Counted from the first letter of the stretch, positions 1-13,529 are shown. The stretch is 64,000 nucleotides of DNA from Octopus bimaculoides (GCF_001194135.2 NC_068984.1:87292152-87356151); one strand, 5' to 3'. A program made the numbers and translations. The notes: generated from the sequence alone by a model not told the origin.

Positions 1-242
1 ATAAGAATTTCTAACTTCCGGTCAGTCATTGTTATGATCGGCCATTATTATGATTGACCGTTGACTGAACACTATTCAATTTTTTTTCTCCGTGTTTTTC
101 TCCTTGTCTCTGTATTCTTTCTGTTGAAGAGCGTAGCTCGAAACGTCAAAGACTTTCCGTATTCCCGAGCGTCATACTAATATATACTTTTGTTATTTAC
201 ACCACCTGTCCTCGTCTGTTGTTATTATTTGTATATTCTCCC

Positions 243-243
<1 letters not shown>
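1..243 (+). mobile_element. Penelope-like element end carrying a hammerhead-like motif
   Basis: tcttt-CTGttgAAGA-GCGTAGCTC-GAAACGTC-aaaga at 116-152; ends in a (TA)n tract. Confidence 0.5.
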
Positions 244-273
<30 letters not shown>

Positions 274-282
274 CAGACATAT

Positions 283-329
<47 letters not shown>

Positions 330-435
330 TAGATAGATAAATACTTTTTTTTGACCAAGATAGTTGTCTCTATTTCTGTTGTATACTATATTAATATACT
401 CTTTTCTTCGTTGCAGTTAGTCTGTATTTTGGAAT

Positions 436-694
436 ATGAAAGACAAAACGAAGAAAGAAAATAAAGAGAAATATGTAGAAGATGATGCTCTTTCTTACTA
501 TTCTGAATATGAAATTCCTGATGGAGGCTGGGGATGGATGGTTGTCCTGGGTTCATTTTTTGTGCATGTCATTGCAGATGGCATCACATACTCACTTGGC
601 ATATTCTACTCAAAATGGGTGGATTATTTCCAAACTGATAAAGCTACAATGGCATGGGTTGGCTCCTTGGTTCCAGCAATGACATACTTAACAG
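436..694 (+). CDS. SLC16/MCT-family transporter, first coding exon (TM1-TM2)
   Basis: Acceptor ttgcag at 411-416 precedes ATG 436. Translation contains the MCT signature PDGGWGWMVV and continues ...VGSLVPAMTYLT-G. The exon ends at ACAG|GCAAGT (phase 1), matching the next exon's phase. Confidence 0.93.
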
Positions 695-721
695 GCAAGT
701 ATCACTTTATATACTCTTTAC

Positions 722-1118
722 TCTCTTTTACTCTTTTATTTGTTTCAGTCATTTGACTGCGGCCATGCTGGAGCACCGCCTTTAGTCGAGCAAATCAACC
801 TCAGGACTTATTCTTTGTAAGCCTAGTACTTATTCTATCGTTTTTTTTTGCCGAACCGCTAAGTGACGGGGACATAAACACACCAGCATCGGTTGTCAAG
901 CAATGTTGGGGTGACAAACACAGACACACAAACACACACACATATACATATATACGATGGGCTTCTTTCAGTTTCCGTCTACCAAATCCACTCACAAGGC
1001 TTTGGTCGGCCCGAGGCTATAGTAGAAGACACTTGCCCAAGGTGCCACACAGTGGGACTGAACCTGGAACCATGTGGTTGGTAAACAAGCTACTTACCAC
1101 ACAGCCACTCCTGCACCT
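722..1118 (-). mobile_element. tRNA-derived SINE, family A
   Basis: Minus-strand head with A-box-like TGTGTGGTAAG and B-box-like GGTTCAGTCCC. Homologous copies recur at least 10 times in the window. Confidence 0.85.
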
Positions 1119-1319
1119 ATATGCTCATTAATTATTTTTTTTTAGTTAAGATTATCATCATCATCATCATCATCATCATCATTAACATTATCATTATTTA
1201 ATGTCTGTTTTCTATGCTGGCAAAGGTTGCATTGTTTGACAGAAGCCAGAGAGCAAGCTGGAGTGTTGAACCAAAGTCCCATTGTCTGTTTTGGCAAGGT
1301 TTCTATGGCTAACTAATAA

Positions 1320-1760
1320 TTTTTCTGATATAGGCACAAACCTGAAATTTGGGGAAGTGGGGAGTTGATTACATTGAGTCCAGTATTTGACTGGTTTCTA
1401 TCTCATTGACTCCAAAAGAATGAAGGGCAAAGTTGAGCTCAGCAGCATTTGAACCCAGAATGTAAAGACAAATGAAATGCTGCTGAACATTTTGTCTGAT
1501 CTGCTAATGACTCTGCCAGCACATTACCTTAATAATAACAATAATAATAATAATCCTTTCTACTATAGGCACAAGGCCTGCAATTTTGGGAGAGGAGTTA
1601 AGTTGATTACACCAACCGCCAATACTCAACTGGTACTTAATTTATTGACCTTGAAAGGATGAAAGACAGAGTCAGCCTTGGCGAAATTTGAACTCAGAAC
1701 ATAATGATGGACAAAATGCTGCAAAACATTTTGCATGGCATGTTAATGATTCTGCCAGCA
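1320..1760 (-). mobile_element. Two tandem degenerate SINE copies, family D
   Basis: Repeated block ...ctttctactataggcacaaggcctg...gaaaggatgaaag...gaactcagaac; related copies at about 24040-24180, 28800-28960 and 54380-54480. Confidence 0.6.
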
Positions 1761-1772
1761 TATCTCCTTAGT

Positions 1773-1883
1773 AATAATAATAATGATAATAATAGTGATA
1801 ATAATAATAATAATCGTTCACTTGCCCCAAGACACTAGGTTTGTTTCGGCAAGTGACTGTAAGAAACTTGCAGATTAAAAGTA

Positions 1884-1927
<44 letters not shown>

Positions 1928-2109
1928 TAATAATAATAATAATAATAATCCTTTCTACTATAGGCACAAGGCCTGAAATTTGCAGGTGTGGGATAGTCAA
2001 TTACATTGAACCAGTACTCAGCTGGGGGAGAGAGAGAGAGAGGGAGGGAGAGAGAGGGAGAGAGAGAGGGAGAGAGAGAGGGAGAGAGGGAGGGAGAGAG
2101 AGAGAGAGG

Positions 2110-2145
<36 letters not shown>

Positions 2146-2162
2146 TAGAGAGAGAGAGAGTG
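1773..2162. repeat. (AAT)n and (AG)n microsatellite tracts
   Basis: Directly visible. Confidence 0.9.
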
Positions 2163-2719
2163 AGAGTAGTCTATTCAAGATTGGGTTTGAATAATTCATT
2201 GGAAATGGAATTGAGACTCAGATAGCTGAGATTAAGAAATTTTTCATCATCTCTTTCCGCAAAAATCTTTTGCAAATTCCTTGGGATTAAGATTGACCAC
2301 TTGCCATAAATCTCATGATAATCATTCCACAGACAGAAACTTCATAATGAGGTTGGTGTAGATGAAGATGATAATGTTGAGAGTAACTAATAACTACAAC
2401 AATTCTTATAACAACCAATAAAGATTGTCTGATGTGTGGTTATTGGGGTTTCAGCCATTGAACAGTAGCCTTGCTGGAGTACCACCTTGAAGTGTTTTAG
2501 TCAAAAAACTCAACCCCAATATTTATTTTCTTTTGAGCTTGATACTTATTCTATTGCTCTCTTATACTAAATTTCTAAGTTACAGGGATGTAAACAAACC
2601 ACCACTAGTTGTTAAGCACATAGATACATAGATACATACATTCACTCATACATTCACACATACATGCATACATACATACATACATGCATACATACATACA
2701 TATGTACATACATACAAAC

Positions 2720-3490
2720 ATGCAATCCAGGAACAGGAGATTGCTACAAAGTACCTGGTGAACAAGAGAAACAATGACGCTCTTGTAATTCCAAGGTGCA
2801 ACTGCATGTGTAGGCTATGTCATGTTTCTGTGGAAGACATCATGCATGTGATTAGCAGCTGTCCTAAAATGTCATTATGGTATTACCTCCTTGTGTGACA
2901 CAATGTTGTTGATAAAACAATTTATAATGTCAGCCACAAAAAAGACTGTCCTGAAATAAACTTAGAAAATCCCTCTGTTATGGAATACATTCATAAGTAC
3001 CAACTCAAGGAATACTGGTGGAATATTTCCATCAAAACTTCTGTCAAATGTAAACATAACAGGCTGGATATTGTTGTTTGGGACAGAGAGGCAAAGGTAT
3101 GTACCATCATAGAGGTCAGCTGCCCTGCAGATATGAATATCTCTTTGAAAATCAGAGTAAAAGAGGATATCTATGGACAACTGTTTCGAAACCTCCTGCT
3201 TCTATATCCAGACTCTGAATTCATATTCATACCAATAATAATTGGAGCACTAGGTTTTGTTAGTAAATGCTTGAAGGAGAATCTGAATAAACTGGAATTT
3301 TCAGAAAGAGAAATTGACCAGTTAATTCGTACAGTACAAGTGCAATCTGTGAGTGGAACAGTAAAAATATGCAAGACTTTTCTCAAGTTCCAAATGTGAA
3401 TTTGTCAGTGTTAACTACATCCCAAAGATGGAGTCTTGTATCTTTGTTGGACACCATCTCCCTCCTCCGTGGAAGATTTTTTATAATTAA
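2720..3490 (+). mobile_element. 3' fragment of an RLE-type (R4/Dong-like) non-LTR retrotransposon
   Basis: Degenerate ORF AIQEQEIATKYL...CRLCHVSVEDIMHVISSC (CCHC knuckle), *HN, then LDIVVWDREAKVCTIIEVSCPAD (PD-(D/E)xK endonuclease); A-rich tail. Confidence 0.85.
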
Positions 3491-4031
3491 AAAATAAAAA
3501 ATAGAAGAGACATACATACATACATATGCATGTATGTATATGATAAGCTCCTTTCACTTTCCATTGACCAGATCTACTTACAAGCCTTTCATTGGTCTGG
3601 AGCTATCGCAGTAGTCACTCGCCTGAGGTGCCATGCTGTGAGACTGATCCTGGAACTATGTGGAAGAGAAGAAAACTTCTTACCACATAGCCACACCTGT
3701 GCCTACACCTAGAATAAGTTTTGTAACATCATATTAATTTGCAAGTACTTTTTGTATCTCACTTTAAACAATTTATATATGAACTGAAATTAATTTTCTG
3801 TATTATACCAACAGGTGCTAGAATACAGATATTAAATTGTTTCAGAAATAATTAATTTTAATACCATTTGATCAACCAAGAAGAAGTGCATTTATGAAGT
3901 GTAATTTCACATAATGATGCTCTACCATCCAATTGGTAAAAGTTTTTATGTTGATTTAAATACTTGCAGTTCTGATAATGATGGAGTACTGCTAACATCT
4001 TTATTTCATCCAAACATTTTACTGGAAGATC

Positions 4032-4077
<46 letters not shown>

Positions 4078-4780
4078 TGCACATGTAAGCACAAACTAAC
4101 AAACAATAAAATTTCTTGATAATCTAAATTATACATTAGATGGATCATCTATTTTAGCCTTCATTCTTTCTTTTCTTTTTACAGCATATAATTTGATCTT
4201 GCTGCTGCCAATCAGCAATCATGCCTGGTATTTTAATGTTCTTTGTGTTAAATATATTAACATCAACTTGACTAATGTTTTTCAAGCAGATGGTGTCTCT
4301 AAGTTACTTATTCTCAAAATGATCCTATGTTCTTACGCTAACCAATATATTGTACATCTTAGTGATTCTTTCATCTCTACTTTGTTAAGTACAGTGAAGT
4401 TTGTGTTTCACTGAAGGAGTCATAATAGGACTAAAACATCTCAAGAATTGTCTCCCATGCTTGTCAAAACAATTACGATAGTATTATTCATTGACTGATA
4501 TATTTTTCTTCACTTTTTAATGCTCCATGTATAAAATGTGTTGGTCCTATCTGAACTACATATCAATTCCTGGTTAATTTATTGCTATATCATGGAGCTA
4601 TAGTCTCAATTCTTGCTCATTTTATAATACACAACACCAGAAGGAATGTTCAGTGCCAATGACAAGATATGCATTCAGAGCTGAGAAAATTGGAATTCTT
4701 CATTTAAATTATTCTCATTATAATAATTCAGATTTTAAAATAACATTTAACAAGGGTTTAATGAAAGCAGCTAAATTTGA

Positions 4781-5002
4781 CCCTTTTGTTACCCTATTTC
4801 TGTTGAAAGAAATTGCCTTTGTTCCAATGAATTTTGAGAACAATGAAAAATTTTGTCAAATAATTTTGTCACTATTAAGTTGGTGTTTGGACCAAAAATT
4901 AACATGTAATTTTCATGGAAGGATTTAATTTAGATAATCTTAAAGTAGGGTATTTGTATTACAGAACTAAAGGCAATATCAGGTGGATTGGTATCAAAAA
5001 AG
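4781..5002. mobile_element. Degenerate piggyBac-type MITE
   Basis: Ends ttga|CCCTTTTGTTACC ... GGTATCAAAAAAG|ttaa resemble the TIRs of the 5916-7364 element. Confidence 0.45.
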
Positions 5003-5128
5003 TTAAGTAAACTAATTCAAATTTATAAGATAAACTCTAAAAATTACTTAGGAAATTTTTTATACCTATTTCTTATTCTGTTATATATTTTAAAATGAAA
5101 ATGTAAATGTGTTGTTAAATATTTGCAG

Positions 5129-5272
5129 GTCCCATTGCCGGAGCTCTGACTAATGTGTATGGATGTCGCAGAGTAGCTGTTGTTGGAAGCTTACTCACCA
5201 CATTTGGTTTTATCATTAGCATATTTGTCAATAATGTATACTTTCTTTATTTCTCCTTTGGTATTCTGGGAG
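5129..5272 (+). CDS. SLC16/MCT-family transporter, coding exon 2
   Basis: tttgcag|GT CCC ATT GCC... encodes (G)PIAGALTNVYGCRRVAVVGSLLTTFGFIISIFVNNVYFLYFSFGILG(G). Donor AG|GTATGT; 144 bp, phase 1-1. Not listed in the ORF track. Confidence 0.95.
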
Positions 5273-5915
5273 GTATGTAAACATTTTAATTATCTTGAAT
5301 TCTGTGCATTATAGAGAATATTTTTTGCTATTCTGATATTCTGAAGAAAAAACATTGTGTTCAATATTGTAGTGGGCCCATGAAAGCAGTATTGCAAATA
5401 AACATTTAGGTTATTTCCAATATGTTTGGGACATTTTGGGCTTGTAAAAAGGCCATATTTATTGTTAATTTTCTTTGGAGAACCTTTCTCACTTGAGATA
5501 ATTAGTGTTGAAAAACACCAACAGTCATTTCAAGATGCCTTCTTTCTATCCATGGTGCTGGTGATAGCCAGGAATCTAGAAATGCATTCATTGTTCTGCT
5601 GAAAGAGTGTACCTTGAAATGATTGTTGGGATTTTCAATACCTATAGCGAGAAAGGTTCTCCACAGCAAATTAGCAGTGAATATGTCCTTTGCACAGATA
5701 AAATATTTCCCAAGCTTATTTCAACTGATCTAAATGTTTGCTTATTATGTTTAATGTTTCATTTATAGAAATTCTGACCAAAATTCCAAACACTGCTACT
5801 TTATATCCCATTATCTGACTTCAACTGTATTTTAAACAAATAATATTTATTTTGGAGGGTTCAACACAATTTTTATTTTGATAAGTTAGAATTGAAATAC
5901 AATGTACCAGTTTAA

Positions 5916-7364
5916 CCCTTTCGTTACTAACCCGGCTGTAGCCGGCCGAGCGTACCCATTGTTATCAAGCAGTGATTCCGAATTTGAAGGTTTTTCAACA
6001 GAAGATACGGAGATATCGAAGAAAAGAATGAATGAGCTACAAAAGCACGTGGTGAACGATAATGAATCTGATATTTCTGTATCCGAAACTGAAAGCAGCG
6101 ACGGCGACAGCGAGGATGATTTTACACCAGAAAAATATTTGAAAAATATTTTTATTAACAATTTTTCTGAGGAAACAGGGTCTACCCATAGTCTTTCNNN
6201 NNNNNNNNNNNNNNNNNNNNNNNNNNNNNNNNNNNNNNNNNNNNNNNNNNNNNNNNNNNNNNNNNNNNNNNNNNNNNNNNNNNNNNNNNNNNNNNNNNNN
6301 NNNNNNNNNNNNNNNNNNNNNNNNNNNNNNNNNNNNNNNNNNNNNNNNNNNNNNNNNNNNNNNNNNNNNNNNNNNNNNNNNNNNNNNNNNNNNNNNNNNN
6401 NNNNNNNNNNNNNNNNNNNNNNNNNNNNNNNNNNNNNNNNNNNNNNNNNNNNNNNNNNNNNNNNNNNNNNNNNNNNNNNNNNNNNNNNNNNNNNNNNNNN
6501 NNNNNNNNNNNNNNNNNNNNNNNNNNNNNNNNNNNNNNNNNNNNNNNNNNNNNNNNNNNNNNNNNNNNNNNNNNNNNNNNNNNNNNNNNNNNNNNNNNNN
6601 NNNNNNNNNNNNNNNNNNNNNNNNNNNNNNNNNNNNNNNNNNNNNNNNNNNNNNNNNNNNNNNNNNNNNNNNNNNNNNNNNNNNNNNNNNNNNNNNNNNN
6701 NNNNNNNNNNNNNNNNNNNNNNNNNNNNNNNNNNNNNNNNNNNNNNNNNNNNNNNNNNNNNNNNNNNNNNNNNNNNNNNNNNNNNNNNNNNNNNNNNNNN
6801 NNNNNNNNNNNNNNNNNNNNNNNNNNNNNNNNNNNNNNNNNNNNNNNNNNNNNNNNNNNNNNNNNNNNNNNNNNNNNNNNNNNNNNNNNNNNNNNNNNNN
6901 NNNNNNNNNNNNNNNNNNNNNNNNNNNNNNNNNNNNNNNNNNNNNNNNNNNNNNNNNNNNNNNNNNNNNNNNNNNNNNNNNNNNNNNNNNNNNNNNNNNN
7001 NNNNNNNNNNNCGGGACCACTCTGCTTTAGTAGTACCCTTATACTCTGAGTGTTTTCAAACGCATGGATATAGGTGTCAAATTTGTTCCAATAACTTTCG
7101 AGTGATAGATAGAGAGACAGACAGACATATAGCTCGCTCCGGCCAGTCATGGTATTAGCTGTCAGTAGCCAAAGAATCGACAGGCATGCAGGCAGACAGA
7201 CAGATACTTCACTAGCAGTGAGCACTTTCACTTCTGACGGCTAATAGCATGACAGTGCCAAGTTACAGGTGTTTAATGAGACTAGTCTAAATTCATGATT
7301 ATTTTAGAATTTAATTGAAACTCATGAGGGGTGTACTTTGGTCAGAAATATAGTAACGAAAGGG
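5916..7364 (+). mobile_element. piggyBac-family DNA transposon derivative (gapped)
   Basis: Perfect 14-bp TIRs CCCTTTCGTTACTA / TAGTAACGAAAGGG, each flanked by TTAA. Acidic N-terminal-like coding remnant SSDSEFEGFSTED...SDGDSEDDF. Interior is N (6198-7011). Confidence 0.88.
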
Positions 7365-8779
7365 TTAATGGAAGTTTTTTTTTTAAATGTCCAGGTTATC
7401 TTTGTTTCACTTAACTTCTCATTTAATTAGTGAGGAACCTATATCCTGTCATATCTTGTAACATAAGTTAGTCTTTAGCAGGGCACTTAATACCTGCCAC
7501 TGTGCTAGATAACAGCAGTACCTTAGCAGCATCAGTATCAGTAGTAGTGGGGGGGGGGTGCAGTTGTGGGGACGGAGGTGGTGGTGGTGGTGGCGGCGAC
7601 AGCAGTGGTAGCGGCAGCAGTGGTTGTGGTGGTGGTGGTGGTGGTGGTGAACTAACCTCCAGCAGATAAGACATGCATTTTACAGCAAAGAATGACTAAT
7701 GACTGATCTGATCTTGTCAATCCTTTCTACAATCTACTTTTCATCCCTTCACAATTTGTATTTTCCTAACTTAACATGTGTCAGTTTGGTTACAATTCTG
7801 AAATTAATGTTCAGACATTTATGAAACAATTGTTTGTATCTAAATACCACCAGAGTCACTGGACTCAACTGAAATATTCAGCCTTTTATCAACAATTGAC
7901 TGTTTTTGATGTGTAACGGACACCAAGAATAAAATGATTGTAATGTTAATTTCTGATGCTGACCAACCTTGGGAAATTTAATGTTTCTATCATTTGACAA
8001 ACTCATTTTCATCAACCCACAAATACTGTTACAATTGTTTTACAGTTATTCCGTATATACGTTTAAAGCAGACATAAGTATGTTATTTGTAATATATTGT
8101 ATGTAATATATTTTTTGTTTAAGCAAGCTGTAATATATATTAATTTAAATACAATTATTTTATATATAAATAAGTAATAAATGTAAATATATTAAAACTT
8201 CTTTAGGAATTCTTCTAAACAGTTCCCAATAATGCATCTATTCAAATATATTTCCTTCAACAAAAATATATCAGTTGAAAAGAAAATGGCAATCAACTTC
8301 TCACACACATACATACACACATACACAGATGCATACACATGCACACACACACACACACACACATACACACACACACAAGCAGATATTCACTAGCATATAC
8401 AATTCTTAAGAACAAACAGAGTTTGATGAAAAATGCAAATATTTTCAATGAGAACCAAAGCTTATATCTTTCAAGATGTGAAAATATTAAAAAAGTTTAT
8501 AATATTCTAATATGCAGAGAGCTTGATAGACAGACAAACAGACAGACAGGTTTAGATTCACAAACAGATGTAAAACTTAATTCATAAAGCAGAATATTGA
8601 TATTTTTATTAGTTGAAGAAAAAGCAACTCAGATGTCTAGAGTTTTGTATCATTGCATTTACTGAGAGTAATAGACAAACTGATAGACAAACTGAATAAT
8701 GTCTTCTCATAAGTTATTTTTTAGTAGTAATGTTGTTACCAGACCTAACTATTTTATATTTTCATTATTTTATTTGCAG

Positions 8780-9712
8780 GTATTGGTATGGGACTTATTT
8801 ATCTCCCTGCCATTGTGTGTGTTGGGTTCTATTTTGAAAAAAGAAGGTCTTTTGCAACTGGATTAGCTGTTTGTGGAGCTGGTATTGGAACATTTATATT
8901 TGCTCCATTATCTCAATTTCTGTTGGAATTTTATGGCTGGAAAGGTGCTGTTCTGATAAGTGCAGGTCTTATTTTGAACTGCATTTTATGTGGAGCTTTA
9001 TTCAAGCCTCTGCCTAAAACCAAAATACCAAAAGAAACTATATCACCTGTTTCTGAAAAAACATTCCAAAATGGAAATATAAAGAAAAGAAAAGAACTTT
9101 CTGTTACTCCAGATGAAATAGTAAATTTAACAAAAAGTGAAAATAATTTGGCCACAAGAAAGCTGAGTATAGATTCTCGTCATTCCCAATATTCTGTTGG
9201 AGGAACCAGGTCTCGCATATCCAGACGCTCCTTTAGTGGAAGTAGTTTATTAAATGTTTCAGTTTTCCAAAGCCATGCTTCAGTGATCTCAATGAGTGTC
9301 CTCTCACTCCATGAACAAGGTCAGCCAAGTGGAGGATGCTGGAAAGAAACAAAAACTATATTTCAGCAGACTTTGAACCCTGTATTATTGACAGACCCAA
9401 TCTTTGTTATCTTCCTTATCTCAAATTTCTTCATTTCTGTTGGATATATAGTGCCTTACATTTATATACCAGACTATGCATTAGAAAAAAATTTAAACCC
9501 TAACAATGCTGCCATGCTTGTATCAGTAATAGGTGTATCAAATACATTTGGTCGAGTTGTATTCGGCTATCTCTCTGATAACCCACGAATTAACCGGATT
9601 ATATTATATGCAACCTCCTTAGTGATTTGTGGAATTGGTACCTTGGTGTTCCCATTCCTTGAAATTTATCCTTTACAAATCTTTTATTCTGTGATATTTG
9701 GAATATTTACAG
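8780..9712 (+). CDS. SLC16/MCT-family transporter, coding exon 3 (TM4-6, large cytoplasmic loop, TM7-10)
   Basis: tttgcag|GT ATT GGT ATG...; contains the MCT motif YFEKRRSFATGLAVCGAG and NTFGRVVFG. Donor AG|GTAAGG; 933 bp, phase 1-1. Confidence 0.96.
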
Positions 9713-9818
9713 GTAAGGAGCCATCAATTTTTATTCTTTGTTATATCGTTTTCAGCATAACTATTTCATGAGTTTTATAATTAAATTAATGATCAGTATT
9801 TCATAATTAAGCATAGAT

Positions 9819-10260
<442 letters not shown>

Positions 10261-10520
10261 AGGTTACATAATTCTCAGTAAGCATTGTACTGGAATGCAT
10301 TCTGCATCACTGACCAATTCATGCTGTATTACATCTTTTCTGTTTGAGTCTCCGGATTAGGTCAGCCAGTGATGTGCATTGTCTTTTGCAGATGTTCCTA
10401 AATGACTCATTATGGTTCCTCCAGTGACTCTTGAAATGGTTGCTTGTTACACTAATATATGCATTTATATGTGAACTTGTTCTGACAGTACATTTGTATA
10501 TAATGTTTCTGCACACACAC

Positions 10521-10561
<41 letters not shown>

Positions 10562-10599
10562 TTTGATGTGTTTATATCCCTGTGGTTATCTCCAACACT

Positions 10600-11205
10600 A
10601 TTTTACACAACACATCTGAAACTTGGACAACATACAGTCACCATCTGAAAATATTGGAAAAGTTTCATCAGAGATGTCTTCAAAGTATCCTGAACATCAA
10701 CTGGGAAGACAGAAGAGCAAATGTCAGCATCGTGAAAGCAGCCAAGGCAACAAGCATTTAGGCTTGTATCATCAAAGTCAACTGAGATGGAGTGGGCATG
10801 TTTGAATGTCCAATGACCATTTACCCAAACAGATCTTCTATTCTAAGCTGAAAAAAAGAAAAAGGAAGAAAGGAGGAAAGGAAGAGGAGATACAGGGATC
10901 TACTGAAGGCCAACATGAAATGTAACTTCGACTTCAACAACTGGAAAGAAAATGAAAATAACCAAAACCTCTGGGGATCCATCATCTGTGAAGGAACAAC
11001 TACATTTGAGACAAACAAATGTGAAGAACTGGAAGAACAGCAAAGAAGGAGGAATGAGGTGCAACTCCAACCCACACCAGATCTTCCCAAGGAACCATTT
11101 GCCCAACTTGCAGAAGATCTTTCAAAGCCCAAATTGGACTTACTGGTTACCTATGAGTGCACCGACAACCCAATATAGACTAGAATGAAGACCATCATCC
11201 TCTGA
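10600..11205 (+). mobile_element. RTE/BovB-like LINE 3' fragment
   Basis: QLRWSGHV..., LPKQIFYSKL, RRRYRDLLKANMK and a C2H2-like tail CPTCRRSFKAQIGL. Confidence 0.8.
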
Positions 11206-11306
11206 AGTAAGAGACATAGCAATAACAATGACAATGATGATGACAAACTTAGTGGTACTGCAAAGGCAACTGATAGAATAAGTACCTCTATGTATATATA
11301 TGTATG

Positions 11307-11337
<31 letters not shown>

Positions 11338-11358
11338 ATGTATGTATGTATATATACA

Positions 11359-11408
<50 letters not shown>

Positions 11409-11544
11409 CATACACGCACACACACATATGTACCACTGCAGAATAACCGGCCCATTTCAGAGTACCCTTCAATCATTGGGCAATAAACTGCATTTGCAAA
11501 GACCTGTTGAGTCAAGTGAAGTCATTGTTGTGGATGATGACAGT

Positions 11545-11940
11545 ACCACCCGATTGGCACCCATGCCGGTGGCACATAAAATGCACCATTCGAGTGTGGT
11601 CGATGCCAGTGCTGCCTGACTGGTCCTGTGCCGGTGGCATGTGAAAAGCACCATTTGATTGTGATCGTTGCCAATGCCAGCTGACTGGCTTCCATGCTGG
11701 TGGCATGTAAAAAGCACCATTTGAGTGTGGTCGATGGCTGTGCTGCTTGACTGGCCCACATGCAGGTGGCACATAAAAAGACCCACTACACTCTTGGAGT
11801 CATTGGCATTAGGAATGGCATCCAGGAGTAGAAACTTTTTGCCAGATCAGCCTAGTGTAGCCTTCTGGCTTGTCAGCCTTCAAACCATCCAACCCATGTT
11901 AGCATGGAAAGCAGACATTAAACGATGACGACGATGATGA
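11545..11940 (+). mobile_element. SINE family B (RTE-type (GAT)n tail)
   Basis: Ends ccaacccatgttagcatggaaagcagacattaaacgatgacgacgatgatg; internal ~45-bp repeats. Confidence 0.8.
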
Positions 11941-11946
11941 TGTATG

Positions 11947-11991
<45 letters not shown>

Positions 11992-12028
11992 GCATGTATG
12001 CATATATATAAATATGTATGTGTACTTG

Positions 12029-12061
<33 letters not shown>

Positions 12062-12063
<2 letters not shown>

Positions 12064-12600
12064 CATCATCATCATAATTTAATGTCCACTTGCGATGCTG
12101 GCATGGGTTGGACTGTTTGACTGAGAACTGGCAAGCCAGGTGGCTGCACCAGGCTCCACTCTGATTTGACAAGGTTTCTGCAGTTGGATGCTCTTCCTAA
12201 CACCAACCACTCTGAGAATGTACTATGTGCTTTTCTGTGCCACCAGTATGGGAGCCAGTCAGGCAACACTGGCATTGACCATGCCCGAAGGCTGCTTTTT
12301 ATGTGCCACTGACATGAATGTCAGTCAGGCAGCACTGGCATTGGCCATGCTCGAATGGTGCTTGTGCTATCAGCATAGATTCCAGTCACATGGCACAGGC
12401 ATCAGCCACACTTTTTATGTGCCACCAGCATGGGTGGGGTCAGGTGCCACTGGCATTGGTCATGACTACAATTTCACTCGGTTCAACAGGTCTTCACAAG
12501 CACAGCATATTGCCTAATGATCGAAGAGTATTTTTAAACAGGCCAGTTATGCGACACTGGCATCATCCACGGCTATGATCTCATTTGGCTTGTCTCAAGC
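12062..12600 (-). mobile_element. SINE family B, inverted relative to 11545-11940
   Basis: catcatcat...aatgtccac...gctggcatgggttggac on +. Confidence 0.8.
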
Positions 12601-12779
12601 ATGACATATCTCGAAAGGTCTTGGTCGCTTGTCATTGCCTCTGTGAGGCCCAATATTCAAAGGTTGTGCTTCATCACCTTATCCCATATCTTCCTGGGTG
12701 TACCTCTTCCACAGGTTCCCTCCATTGTTAGGGTGTGACACTTCTTCACACATACATAGATACATAGAATGGTGGTTGT

Positions 12780-13130
12780 CTACTCCTTAAACAGAGTTTG
12801 ACCACCTCCTGCACCTACACCTTAGCCCTTTCATGGCGTCTGATGTGGCTTTTTAAACCAGACAGTGTTTTGAAAAAACACCCACACAGATTGCACCTCT
12901 GATTTGCACTACCAATACCTGCAAGTAAGTTCTGCTCATTGTGGATCCTAACATGTCTTTTATATATGATATGATAACTGAAAATGAGTGTGACTGTCAT
13001 ACAAGCAGTGTCAGTCATTTTCAATGTTCTGTGAGAACATGCCTAGCCATTGGAAAATATTACCTTCCTTGGAAACAAGTAAGGGCTGGCAGCAGGAGGG
13101 ACATCCAGCCTTAGAAAATCTGCCGTAATA
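12780..13130 (-). mobile_element. LINE 3' end (C2H2-finger tail)
   Basis: CNLCGCFFKTLSGLKSHIRRHERAKV* followed by a short 3'UTR. Confidence 0.55.
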
Positions 13131-13239
13131 AACTCTGTTTATTGCATGGCAAATTGGATGTTAAGATGATGATGATAATGATATGGAAAACCAACAGGAT
13201 GTTACACTCTGCAGGGATATGGCTCTACTTGATATGCTG

Positions 13240-13529
13240 GAAAGGTGCCTGTAGAAATTACTTATGATGTTCTCAGTGCAAGCTATGGATGCAGAAATGG
13301 TGCAATGGCATTACAAAAAGGTTAATGCAGAAAGCAGATTTTGTAAGTGACAAATGTGCAGGAGCTATAAACACAAAGAACATATTAAAAATAGATTTTC
13401 TCAAATATCGAAGTGGTTCAGTTACCTGGATGATCTAAACAGCTGTGGAGGGAGATGAACTTAAGGTAAATTGCTACAATAATAAGAAAATGGAGAAAGT
13501 TCAGAGCTGTTGCTTCTGTTGGTAACAAA

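Noticed and set aside
695-756. 3' extension of the 436-756 ORF (GKYHFIYSLL...)
   Set aside because: MCT similarity stops at the GC donor; the extension runs through intron into a SINE.
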